This document shows positions 40,791 through 49,319 of a stretch of DNA of 64,000 bases, one piece after another (positions within the stretch are counted from its first letter, which is position 1; each line of letters starts with the position of its first letter). The position numbers were made by a program, and so were the translations under genes. A model generated the notes under the pieces. The model was not told the origin of the DNA. It searched no databases and saw only the letters and a list, made by a program, of their open reading frames with translations. Origin of the DNA: Promethearchaeati archaeon (GTDB taxonomy: Archaea; Asgardarchaeota; Njordarchaeia; Njordarchaeales; Njordarchaeaceae); NCBI GenBank assembly GCA_026993975.1, contig JALWRR010000076.1, positions 2,016 to 66,015 of the forward strand, given 5' to 3'.

Positions 40791-40972
40791 AATGGTGCTC
40801 CTAGTATAGTAATTAACCATAAAAATGGATTATATGATTTTTCATCATATTCAAATACAGACACTACTAATACAATGTCCACAGCAAGAAGAAACCAAAA
40901 ATACACAGGATTAAATAAGTATAATCCATAGTATACTCCTAATAATGCAATTAGAATAACTACTTGTTTCAT
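40766..40972 (-). CDS. Small membrane protein (68 aa, 2 TM).
   Basis: Hydrophobic ORF. Confidence 0.4.
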   Translation of the reverse strand: MKQVVILIALLGVYYGLYLFNPVYFWFLLAVDIVLVVSVFEYDEKSYNPFLWLITILGAPLWLVLACC

Positions 40973-41223
40973 GATCTTGGAACCTCTATATGATACTTTG
41001 TCTTAAGATACATCTTAATATCTTCAAACAGTTGTTTATATTCTCCAAGTTTCTTTTTCTTGGCTTTACTATGAAGAATTTTCCATGCTTGTACTAGCTG
41101 CTCCTTAGTTTTATCCTCTAACTCAGGTATAACTTTTTTAGGAGTTGAAGTAGCCTTCAAATCCATTCTGAGTTTGAGAGTCTTCTTTTCCTCTTTCTTT
41201 TTCTTTGGTAATTTAAGCTTCAT
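40969..41223 (-). CDS. Lys-rich small basic protein (84 aa).
   Basis: ORF; about 30% Lys. Confidence 0.4.
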   Translation of the reverse strand: MKLKLPKKKKEEKKTLKLRMDLKATSTPKKVIPELEDKTKEQLVQAWKILHSKAKKKKLGEYKQLFEDIKMYLKTKYHIEVPRS

Positions 41224-41647
41224 CTACTTCTACCCCCATACTTTCAAGATAAACTAGAACGTCTTCATACTCTTCCTTAACTTCATTATATACTAGCCGC
41301 TTAACTCCAAATAATACTAAGTTTTTAGCACATTCATAACATGGAGCTAAAGTAACATACGCTGTAGCTCCTCTAGCTTTACCATTGGCTCTAGAAAGTG
41401 CATTCATTTCGGCATGATTTACTCTCCAATGTTCTGTATTGCCCTCTTCATCTTCACAGCGGTTCTCATCGCCTGGGGCAGTGCCGTTTGTTCCCATAGC
41501 AATGAACTCACGGTCTTTTACTAAAACACAGCCTACCTGTGCTTTTCGGCAATGAGATTGCGTTGCTATTAACTCTGCCATTTCAATCCAAAATTCATCA
41601 GACCACGACTTTTGGCAAGAGTCCTTTTGTAACATTCTTGGGGTCAT
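41213..41647 (-). CDS. dCMP deaminase.
   Basis: Zinc-deaminase motifs HAEMNAL and PCYECAK. Size fits. Confidence 0.8.
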   Translation of the reverse strand: MTPRMLQKDSCQKSWSDEFWIEMAELIATQSHCRKAQVGCVLVKDREFIAMGTNGTAPGDENRCEDEEGNTEHWRVNHAEMNALSRANGKARGATAYVTLAPCYECAKNLVLFGVKRLVYNEVKEEYEDVLVYLESMGVEVDEA

Positions 41648-42428
41648 AGTTAAGTCCTTTCGTTAATTCTACTATATGATCTACAAAGTCATCAGGATCT
41701 TCAATAATATCATGAACAGTGAATGTATGTCTAAATACGTACTCCTTTGAATCTTTAGTATCAGAGTCTAAAAGAGCTTCAACTGCTGGAATTTGATTAT
41801 CATAGATATGACCATGAGCTATTGTATACATCATATGTCCAAGATCTACATCAAGGCTATTAGCAAATGCTTGGCCAAGGAGAGTATACATCATTAAATC
41901 GTAAGGGAACCCATACAAGAGATCATTTGAACGCACATGTAAAACCATCTCTAAACGGTTATCTAAGATCAAATATTGACTTGCCCAAGGACAAGGAATA
42001 TTTAATGCTGGAGTTACATTATCTTCTCTAGGGTCCCAACTAAGTAAGAGCTGCTGCCTAGAACTAGGATCGTTTGTTAATTTATTTATGATGTTATTCA
42101 CCTGATCAATACCAAAGGCATGTCTCCAACGGTAGCCGTAAGCTCGTTCTACTTGGCCATCTACTGCAAACTCATCCCAAATACTTGTATATTTCTGAAG
42201 CCATTTGATAGACTTTCTACCACTAAGTTTCCAAGCTACTTCAGCAGCTGCAGTCTTAGTATACATAGGTCTAAGATCAGATAGTGGTATATGATCTAAC
42301 TGCCACTTAAATGCTGCTCCAAAGAAAGCATGAACCGTAGTATCTGTTCTTTGATTATACTGTTCTACTCCGCTATATGCTTTGTCAAGAAGATCTAAAT
42401 AAAGATCATCAAATGTACAATTATCCAT
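41598..42428 (-). CDS. Thymidylate synthase family enzyme carrying Asp in place of the ThyA Asn177 equivalent. Predicted dCMP-specific hydroxymethylase or methyltransferase.
   Basis: ThyA motifs YGYRWRHAFG, LSWDP, catalytic PC, RSND, HGHIYDNQ. In the substrate-specificity position the sequence is FPYDLMMY instead of PFNIASY. Confidence 0.8.
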   Translation of the reverse strand: MDNCTFDDLYLDLLDKAYSGVEQYNQRTDTTVHAFFGAAFKWQLDHIPLSDLRPMYTKTAAAEVAWKLSGRKSIKWLQKYTSIWDEFAVDGQVERAYGYRWRHAFGIDQVNNIINKLTNDPSSRQQLLLSWDPREDNVTPALNIPCPWASQYLILDNRLEMVLHVRSNDLLYGFPYDLMMYTLLGQAFANSLDVDLGHMMYTIAHGHIYDNQIPAVEALLDSDTKDSKEYVFRHTFTVHDIIEDPDDFVDHIVELTKGLNYDPKNVTKGLLPKVVV

Positions 42429-44310
42429 AAAGTTTCTCCTTCATATTTTCAATGCTTAGATCTCCATGAAGTTCACGTTGATCTCCAAAATTAGGCCCAA
42501 TAGAACTCTCGGCAATAATAGGAACTTTAAATCCAGGAGGAGTTCTTTCCATTATTTCTTTTACTTTCGGCAAGTACTTAGCTGCGGCTTCGACTGTACA
42601 CGAGAAGACAAATTCATCGTGCACTGGTGCAATAAAAGTGAAGTCATTCTGAAATAGAATACCTTCATCTAACAGACTGACAAGTGCAGCTCTCATTAGT
42701 TCAGCACAACTGCCCTGAATTGTGTGATTAAGAGCTTGATTTTCAGCTTCTGCTCTAAGTGCTTTTATAGGACTAGTAATATTTGGAAAATATCTCGGTC
42801 TTCCAAACAGAGTATAAGCAACTTTATTAGCTTTAGCATAGGCCTTCACACTGTTCACATAGTCATAGAAATAACCTTTATAACCTATTTTATGTGCTTG
42901 AAGGAACATTTCTGCTTCAGCTTCAGAACAATCGAGTAGATCATAAGCAGCTAGCCTTCTAGCTTGAGCGCCATACAAAGCTGCAAAGTTAAGTGTCTTA
43001 CCACGCTGTCTATGTTTCTTTTGTTCAGGGTCATCTTTTTCAAGAAGCTCTTTCATCTCTTCATAAGACAGCCCGCTAAGGTTAGTTCCAGAAACTGTAT
43101 GAAGATCTTTACCAGTAAGATAAGCATCTAGAAGTTTAGGGTCCTCAGACATATGTGCTGCCATTCTAAGTTCAATTTGAGACCAGTCAATTGATACAAT
43201 ACAGTCATGGCCTTCAAATGGAATAAAAATATCTCTAACTTTTTTGCCCTCTCCGCGTTTAGCAACCTGTTGAAGATTAGGAGAACTCATAGAGAATCTT
43301 CCAGACTGTGTACCAGTTTGTCTAATCTCACTGTGAAGTTTTCCATCAGGATAAAGAAGCTTAGGATAAGGTCGATAATATAGCTTTTGACGCGTCTCAA
43401 TTTTCCTTAATTCACCAAAGGCTTTAATAACTGGATAGTCTTTTCCATACTTAACCTCTAGCTCATATAAAGACTCTTTATCAGTTGAAGGTTGGCCAGT
43501 TTTATGAGAAACTTTATAAGGCTTAAGACCAAGATCATTAAATAGGAAATTAGCGACTTGCTTTGGACTATTTAAATTCAAAGCTGCAAGTTCTGGAAAG
43601 TCAGCAAGAATTTTATTTTTAGTCTGAATATCTTCAGCTTGAATACGATCAAGAGTATTAAGATCAATTACCTGGCCTTGACGATAGTGATCTACTACAA
43701 CTCTGATAATGTCTTCTTCAAAAATTTCATAGTAATCCATATCAATTTTATCTACAAGCCATTCATATAGCTTGTAAGTCCAGATAACATCTTCAGTTCC
43801 ATATTTGTAGCCTTCTTCAGCAGTGATATCTTTCATAGTGCCACTGCCTACTGTATCAGCATAGGAAGACATTTGATGATTAAATCTTAGTTTTACAAGC
43901 TGCTTCAATCCTTGAGGAATATTAGAATTATAAAGGAAATGCATAACCATTGTATCATACAGACGTCCAGTGTAGTTAATTCCATAGTTTTTAAGAATTC
44001 CTATTTCAAAAGATAAGTTATGCCCGATTATGCCCTCAGGGGCTTTATTCATGATCTTACTGATGCCTTCTTTACCAATAAAATCATCACCTTTATGCTG
44101 TATGTCAAAGTAATAAACTCTTCCATCATCAGTTTGAATCTGGAATGCCACCATTTTAGAGTGTAGTCTATCTAATGGTCGTTGTTTTTTAGAAAGATCC
44201 TGAAACCACTGCCCTTCATAAGGATTGTAGGTTTCAAAGTCTATACACCACAGTTTCTCATTTCCAAGTTGGCTAAGTGCCTCTTCGAAGTTATGTTTAT
44301 TTACAAGCAT
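42421..44310 (-). CDS. DNA polymerase I (family A) with 3'-5' exonuclease domain.
   Basis: Motif B RGKTLNFAALYG, motif C VHDEFVF, N-terminal exonuclease region. Confidence 0.9.
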   Translation of the reverse strand: MLVNKHNFEEALSQLGNEKLWCIDFETYNPYEGQWFQDLSKKQRPLDRLHSKMVAFQIQTDDGRVYYFDIQHKGDDFIGKEGISKIMNKAPEGIIGHNLSFEIGILKNYGINYTGRLYDTMVMHFLYNSNIPQGLKQLVKLRFNHQMSSYADTVGSGTMKDITAEEGYKYGTEDVIWTYKLYEWLVDKIDMDYYEIFEEDIIRVVVDHYRQGQVIDLNTLDRIQAEDIQTKNKILADFPELAALNLNSPKQVANFLFNDLGLKPYKVSHKTGQPSTDKESLYELEVKYGKDYPVIKAFGELRKIETRQKLYYRPYPKLLYPDGKLHSEIRQTGTQSGRFSMSSPNLQQVAKRGEGKKVRDIFIPFEGHDCIVSIDWSQIELRMAAHMSEDPKLLDAYLTGKDLHTVSGTNLSGLSYEEMKELLEKDDPEQKKHRQRGKTLNFAALYGAQARRLAAYDLLDCSEAEAEMFLQAHKIGYKGYFYDYVNSVKAYAKANKVAYTLFGRPRYFPNITSPIKALRAEAENQALNHTIQGSCAELMRAALVSLLDEGILFQNDFTFIAPVHDEFVFSCTVEAAAKYLPKVKEIMERTPPGFKVPIIAESSIGPNFGDQRELHGDLSIENMKEKLYG

Positions 44311-45029
44311 AGTATAATTCCTTTATCCGCCAGCCACTGCATATAGTCACCAGTTGTACCTAGCTGTCTAAACCAAATATAGTCTGTATATGGCAGTGCC
44401 AATCGCCAAGACATTCTAACTTGATCGTTTATTAAATCATCATCCAAACCTCTTTCAAGACAGTAGATTAAGTGCTCCCTATCACCATAGGTTAGTTTTT
44501 CCCAAGCTTTAGGTCCAAAGCCTCTTTTACCAGGAATTTTGTCAGAAGGATCTCCAACCAGTGCTTTATAAAGATAGATATGAGCTGGAACTGCTTTAAA
44601 CTTAGTCCATACCATATCTTTATCAACCTTAGTTGTAGCATTCAATAGAATTGTAACACCATAGTCAATCAAAGGCCAAAGGTCTTTATCATTAGAGATA
44701 ACTATATCAGTAGATCTAACGTTATCGGCAATCCAATCATCAGCTTCTCCAGTTTCCATTTCAACTAAAGTAGTCTCTGGAAACATAAGAAACAGTTCTT
44801 TGATATTGTTATAGACCTCCCAATAGACTGGATCATCACCAGTATTTCTTCCTTGTTTGTACTTCTCATAGATACTTCGTCTATAGTCTCTAGACCGTGG
44901 TCCATCACAGACCAAGATCTTTTCTCCGGGCTTTTGAAATAATTCCAAAGCCAAGTTATATGGGTTGCCACCACCATGATAAACCCGCTTTATATAGTTA
45001 TGTGCATCTATGATTGTTCTCATAGCCAT
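44301..45029 (-). CDS. 5'-3' exonuclease / flap endonuclease.
   Basis: Typical FEN/53EXO N-terminal pattern (ILVCDGPRSRDYRRSIYEKYKQGR) and acidic clusters. Confidence 0.8.
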   Translation of the reverse strand: MAMRTIIDAHNYIKRVYHGGGNPYNLALELFQKPGEKILVCDGPRSRDYRRSIYEKYKQGRNTGDDPVYWEVYNNIKELFLMFPETTLVEMETGEADDWIADNVRSTDIVISNDKDLWPLIDYGVTILLNATTKVDKDMVWTKFKAVPAHIYLYKALVGDPSDKIPGKRGFGPKAWEKLTYGDREHLIYCLERGLDDDLINDQVRMSWRLALPYTDYIWFRQLGTTGDYMQWLADKGIILCL

Positions 45030-45493
45030 ATCCTTTCAATTTCAATATCAAAGTTAAACTCAACCAAGTTTATAGCCTCTTCATAAGCTTTACGCTGTAA
45101 TTCGTATCCAAATGCTTCAAAGATGTCATCTTTATCATATTCTTCAAAAGGCTCATTTTTAAGATAGATAATTTTGTCTGGCATATTATCCTTGTATACT
45201 ACACTTTTATACAAGTTAAGGATAATTATAGGATTCATATTACCCAGTAAATATCCTTGGTATACTAGCATAGATACAATATCTCTATCAAGCACGAAAT
45301 GCTCAGGGGGATTTTGCCAGAGTTCCATTGTATTGGCAAAGAATAGAAAAGTACTAGCAGTGCCAGTGACATCGCCGTTAAGAAGGATTGAGCGATAAGG
45401 CTCAGAGGGTAAATGAAGAAAATCTGGGTCTAGCTCTTTGCAGTATGTTGTCTTACCTGTTTTATCAGGGCCTTCTACGATTATTTTAGCCAT
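45020..45493 (-). CDS. tmk: Thymidylate kinase-like dNMP kinase (157 aa).
   Basis: P-loop EGPDKTGKTT and the Tmk DR...S..YQG motif (LDRDIVSMLVYQG). Confidence 0.7.
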   Translation of the reverse strand: MAKIIVEGPDKTGKTTYCKELDPDFLHLPSEPYRSILLNGDVTGTASTFLFFANTMELWQNPPEHFVLDRDIVSMLVYQGYLLGNMNPIIILNLYKSVVYKDNMPDKIIYLKNEPFEEYDKDDIFEAFGYELQRKAYEEAINLVEFNFDIEIERIWL

Positions 45494-45661
45494 ATCTTTT
45501 TCCTAACCAGTATGCTGCAGCTGCTGACAGCTTTATCTTTCCTTTAGAGGAACCTATCAAACCTTCTCTAATGAAGTAAAACTTCCGTCCTACTTCAGAG
45601 TAGGGTTGCATGCGAGCCCAAGTGGCCTCTAACAGACCACTAACTATGAACTCGCTCTGTG

Positions 45662-46297
45662 TCATTTCACAGGTCCAAGCATTTCAAAGGTTGCACGGCT
45701 ATAGCGGAAGCCTTGCTTAGAGACTGTTCGTTCAGCACCAATGCGAGTAATTACCTCTCCAAGCTTGTAACCTTCTTTGGTAACATTTTTAGAATATTCT
45801 GCAAAGGCAAACTTACTAGCAGGACTCAAAGAAATCTTAGTAAGCTTCTGACCGTCATCAGCATAATCCCACATGAAATAAATCTCATAGCGAGCCTGAA
45901 TCTTGATTTTCTCAGCCTCAGAAGGTCCTACCTTTTCACGCTCTTGAGCAAGCAGATCAGCCAGTTGCCGTCCTTCAGGAGTAGTCACACCATCATAGCT
46001 TTCAGCTACAAGGTTAGAGTTGAGATCCCATAGCTGCCAAACAGGCTTGCCACCTTCAAGCACTACATCGATATGAGGATGCACACTATTATCAGTCTTG
46101 TTCAGCAGCTCACTGCCGTCAAGAATAAAGTAAGGCATGAAGTTTGCAATACTATCAAGCCCTTCAAACTCAGGGTTTACTTGCTGCATTGCAGAACCAC
46201 CACTACTATTGACAGGAACACCAGCGTTACCAGTAACCTCCACATCAACTACTTTCTCTGCAGTCTTAGTCTTCATCTCTCGAATGTCTTTTCCCAT
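45662..46297 (-). CDS. Hypothetical protein (211 aa).
   Basis: Start moved to MGKDIREMK, which has an AAGGAG RBS. Confidence 0.5.
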   Translation of the reverse strand: MGKDIREMKTKTAEKVVDVEVTGNAGVPVNSSGGSAMQQVNPEFEGLDSIANFMPYFILDGSELLNKTDNSVHPHIDVVLEGGKPVWQLWDLNSNLVAESYDGVTTPEGRQLADLLAQEREKVGPSEAEKIKIQARYEIYFMWDYADDGQKLTKISLSPASKFAFAEYSKNVTKEGYKLGEVITRIGAERTVSKQGFRYSRATFEMLGPVK

Positions 46298-46360
46298 AAT
46301 CTTAATCTCCTTAAGTAGTATTTTGTGGAGACCACTGGGTATGATCTCCATCAAATACTT

Positions 46361-46437
46361 TGGTGGATAAAGTAGGACTTGAACCTACGACCGCCCCGTT
46401 ATGAGCGGGGAGCTCTAACCAACTGAGCTATTTATCC
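46361..46437 (-). tRNA. tRNA-Met (anticodon CAT), elongator-like (G1-C72 pair). Could also be tRNA-Ile2 if the anticodon is modified.
   Basis: Full cloverleaf by hand: acceptor GGATAAA/TTTATCC, D-stem GCTC/GAGC, anticodon loop CTCATAA, T-loop TTCAAGT, encoded CCA. Confidence 0.85.
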
Positions 46438-46629
46438 ATACAACGGACCTCCCCAGGTCCGTCGACTTCAACCGCTGTGTCTCTAGAAAGGAATCGCACG
46501 AGCTAAGCTCTCCCATCGTTTCGTGATGGTAACCGTCTTAATAAAAACCATGACACATGGAATTTTTTACGTCCGTAGACGGGTGCATTCGCACCATTAA
46601 AAGCTGCTTACAGCTCTTAATGGTACGGA

Positions 46630-47133
46630 CTAAATTCCTTTGTTGTTGTAATAAACTTTTTTAACTTGTTTTTCATCTGCCTCTTTAATTTTGTTATTTT
46701 GTCTCAAAGCTCCATATAAACCACTACATTTCTTAGAACAAAAGAACCCTTTTCTACCAGATCTGAATTGACTTCTAGTTGGTATAAATTCTTTTTTACA
46801 GATAGTACACTTTACAGGTAAATATTTAACTCTTTTAGCATCAAGTTTAGCATGTACTTTTCTATCTAATACTTGCAAATTTTGTATATCATTATTAAGA
46901 TAATCTTTATCTATGTGATCTACAGTTTCATTTTTTTCTAATCTTCTGTTTAAATACACCTCCATAATAGCTTTTGGATAAGATATAGTTTTTAACTTAC
47001 CACTTTCATACTTACTCTTACTAGTATTATTCAATACAATATGCTGTCTTCCATCTTTACGAGTATAAGGACCTAAAACAGTCTTATACTCAGGGTACAA
47101 CATTAGTAGTTTAGCTTTAAAATCTTCTGTCAT
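46630..47133 (-). CDS. HNH-family homing endonuclease.
   Basis: VDHIDKDYLNNDIQNLQVLDRKVH motif plus a Cys-rich C-terminus. Free-standing between two tRNA genes. Confidence 0.65.
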   Translation of the reverse strand: MTEDFKAKLLMLYPEYKTVLGPYTRKDGRQHIVLNNTSKSKYESGKLKTISYPKAIMEVYLNRRLEKNETVDHIDKDYLNNDIQNLQVLDRKVHAKLDAKRVKYLPVKCTICKKEFIPTRSQFRSGRKGFFCSKKCSGLYGALRQNNKIKEADEKQVKKVYYNNKGI

Positions 47134-47147
47134 AATTACTCCTTTTG

Positions 47148-47239
47148 GTGCGGGTAGTGGGAGTCGAACCCACGATGTGAACTTATCTGTGTGGCGTTTT
47201 AAGCGCCATGCGTTTCAACCAGCTTCGCCATACCCGCGT
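47148..47239 (-). tRNA. tRNA-Leu (anticodon TAA), type II with long variable arm, encoded CCA.
   Basis: Cloverleaf by hand: acceptor GCGGGTA/TACCCGC, anticodon stem TGGCG/CGCCA, loop CTTAAAA, 17-nt variable arm, T-arm GTGGG-TTCGACT-CCCAC. Confidence 0.85.
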
Positions 47240-47370
47240 CAAGTATTTCCTAACAGTTCTAAAGCCTCATCGACTAATTTCCAGTCTTGAGTCCTTTTAG
47301 CCTTATAAAGTAAGGCAACAACTCTAGCCAATGTTATTTTTGCCTGTATTATTTTTTCTTTCATAATATT

Positions 47371-47383
47371 ATTATACCACAAG
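47371..47383 (-). promoter_or_regulatory. Extended -10 promoter motif CTTGTGGTATAAT upstream of tRNA-Leu/HNH.
   Basis: Same 13-mer family as the elements at 55109-55121 and 57552-57564. Confidence 0.4.
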
Positions 47384-47391
47384 TAAACTAA

Positions 47392-47931
47392 TTAGAGACT
47401 TTTAAGAAAGCCAAATTTCATCCCGAGAATTAACTTCTCTTTATCACTGAGACCTCTTATAGCTTCAATAGCATGTTTTATCTCATCTTCATGTTCTATA
47501 ACATCTTCTATGTCATTATCTTCTTGTACCTCCCAGTCTCCAGTATGCTCTGTAGTCAGCTCAAGTACTTGGCGTATCTTAGCTACAGGTTCTTGTAATT
47601 CTTTAGCTATTAACTCTACATCAGGTTCATAACCCAAACTCAAAATAAAATTCTCCATAAACTTGAATACTTTTAACTTCAACTGCACTATATGAGCAGG
47701 AAGTCTTATAGTTCTAGATTTAGAGGTTACAGCGTCTAGTATAGCCTGCTTAACCCAAAAAGTAGCATAAGTAGAAAATTTAACCCCACGATCAGGATCA
47801 AAATGTTTCACTGCTTGAATCAATCCAATATACCCCTCTTGAACTAAATCTTCATAGGGTATATTATTGTTTTTGTATTTCCTTGCTATGTACTTTGCAA
47901 TATACAGGTGATCTCTAATTAAATCGTCCAT
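47392..47931 (-). CDS. Sigma-70 family sigma factor (179 aa) with regions 2-4.1 but no region 4.2.
   Basis: Region 2: DLVQEGYIGLIQAVKHFDPDRGVKFSTYATFWVKQAILDAV. Region 4.1-like: LSDKEKLILGMKFG. The protein stops right after that. Confidence 0.8.
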   Translation of the reverse strand: MDDLIRDHLYIAKYIARKYKNNNIPYEDLVQEGYIGLIQAVKHFDPDRGVKFSTYATFWVKQAILDAVTSKSRTIRLPAHIVQLKLKVFKFMENFILSLGYEPDVELIAKELQEPVAKIRQVLELTTEHTGDWEVQEDNDIEDVIEHEDEIKHAIEAIRGLSDKEKLILGMKFGFLKSL

Positions 47932-49319
47932 GATTGAGCTTCCTCAGCAGTGATTTTATTTTTCCAGAATATACTCTGATCCTCTTTACCTTTTAATACC
48001 TGTTCGAGATAATTAATATTTTCTCTGATACCGCGAACAAGCGATACAGCTGGTGTATCTTTGGCCACAAAAATAAATACATTTACCTCATGTTCTTGAC
48101 CTGGTCTATGTGTCCTATCTATACCTTGCCAAAAAGAATCCACTACATAATCAAGCTCAAAGAATATTACATTATGACACTGCTGAAAGTCAAGCCCAAC
48201 TCCAGCTGATAAAGGGTTCGCTAAAAGTATTTGGGCTTCTCCAGACTTAAACTTTGATACTGCCTCGTCTTTCTTTTTAGACTGACCATGAAGCTCTACA
48301 AAGTCATAGTCTTTAAGATGTTCAGCTAGTAGTTTCATAGTATTCTGAAAGTGAGCATAGATTATTACTTGCTCGCCTTTTAGATCTTCTAAGAGTAAAT
48401 CAAGCATCTCAAAGTATGCTGACTTTTCTTTTAGTTCAAGTATAGATGGATCCATCATTGCTTGTCGCACCCGCATCATCAATGCCATTCCATCTAAAAA
48501 TTCAGCTGTATTAGACATTTCTACAAAACCAAAGTCCCACAGTTCTTTTAGTTTGTCTCTATGTTTATCACTAAGCGAAAATTGTTTAATGATAAGTTGC
48601 TTTTTAGGAAGCTCAAGAACTTCACTTTTAATTAATCTGCGGGTATATAACCCAAGTAGTTTATTAAGGGTCTCTAAATTCTTCCACCCAACAATGATTC
48701 TAAATCCACTGTCAGTTGGGGCATAAACAGCATGATGTTTTAGGAAGTTCTTCTTAGTAACGTAAGCATTAGGGTTCATTAACTGTATAATATAGAAAGC
48801 ATCCACAGGATATTTAGTAACTGGAGTTCCACTCATTAGTACTAGATATTCTACTTTTCTTTTAAATGACTGCACGCAGCCAAATAAATTCATATTTCCA
48901 GTCTTGGGGCTTACTTTTACTTCGCCTATCTTTAATTTTTGACTTTCGTCGCACACTAACATGTTAAAATGTGAATCCCTGAATCGATTATAGTCTCTTT
49001 GAAATATATTATACGATGTAAGTACTATGTCATATTTTTCAAAGTTTATACTTTTTCTTTTAGGACCATGATATATGACTGTCTTCAAGTTTGTATGAAA
49101 ATACTCGTATATCTTGTCATACCAAGTCTGCAGTAGAATTGGAGGAACTACAACTAGTGGCTTAACATTTTCCATTTCTATTAGATATGTCATTGCCATT
49201 AGTACTCCAAAGGTTTTACCAACCCCTGGATCATGTAGTATGCCACACTGCTTAAGGTCTATAATATAGTTCATATCGTCTATTTGATACTGATAAGGCT
49301 CAAGAGCTAACTCTGTCAT
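47919..49319 (-). CDS. SNF2-family helicase.
   Basis: GVGKTF, DESQKLK (DExx), MSGTPVTK, and helicase C motifs. Confidence 0.8.
   Translation of the reverse strand: MTELALEPYQYQIDDMNYIIDLKQCGILHDPGVGKTFGVLMAMTYLIEMENVKPLVVVPPILLQTWYDKIYEYFHTNLKTVIYHGPKRKSINFEKYDIVLTSYNIFQRDYNRFRDSHFNMLVCDESQKLKIGEVKVSPKTGNMNLFGCVQSFKRKVEYLVLMSGTPVTKYPVDAFYIIQLMNPNAYVTKKNFLKHHAVYAPTDSGFRIIVGWKNLETLNKLLGLYTRRLIKSEVLELPKKQLIIKQFSLSDKHRDKLKELWDFGFVEMSNTAEFLDGMALMMRVRQAMMDPSILELKEKSAYFEMLDLLLEDLKGEQVIIYAHFQNTMKLLAEHLKDYDFVELHGQSKKKDEAVSKFKSGEAQILLANPLSAGVGLDFQQCHNVIFFELDYVVDSFWQGIDRTHRPGQEHEVNVFIFVAKDTPAVSLVRGIRENINYLEQVLKGKEDQSIFWKNKITAEEAQSWTI

Noticed and set aside
45494-45661. 168-bp non-coding gap. I checked it for a third tRNA or other RNA gene.
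   Set aside because: No cloverleaf could be built. There are only a short hairpin (CCTACT-CTGA-AGTAGG) and a GCAGCTGC palindrome. It is probably just leader or promoter sequence for the Tmk-like gene.
46438-46629. A possible additional or intron-containing tRNA between the HNH gene and tRNA-Met.
   Set aside because: No acceptor, D, anticodon or T arm combination fits. Both flanking tRNAs are complete and uninterrupted. I have kept it as a structured RNA region only.
47240-47363. A 41-codon minus-strand ORF (MKEKIIQAKITLARVV...) between the sigma gene and tRNA-Leu, as a possible missing sigma region 4.2.
   Set aside because: It has no RBS and no convincing similarity to the region 4.2 HTH. 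Its ATG sits inside the CTTGTGGTATAAT promoter box.
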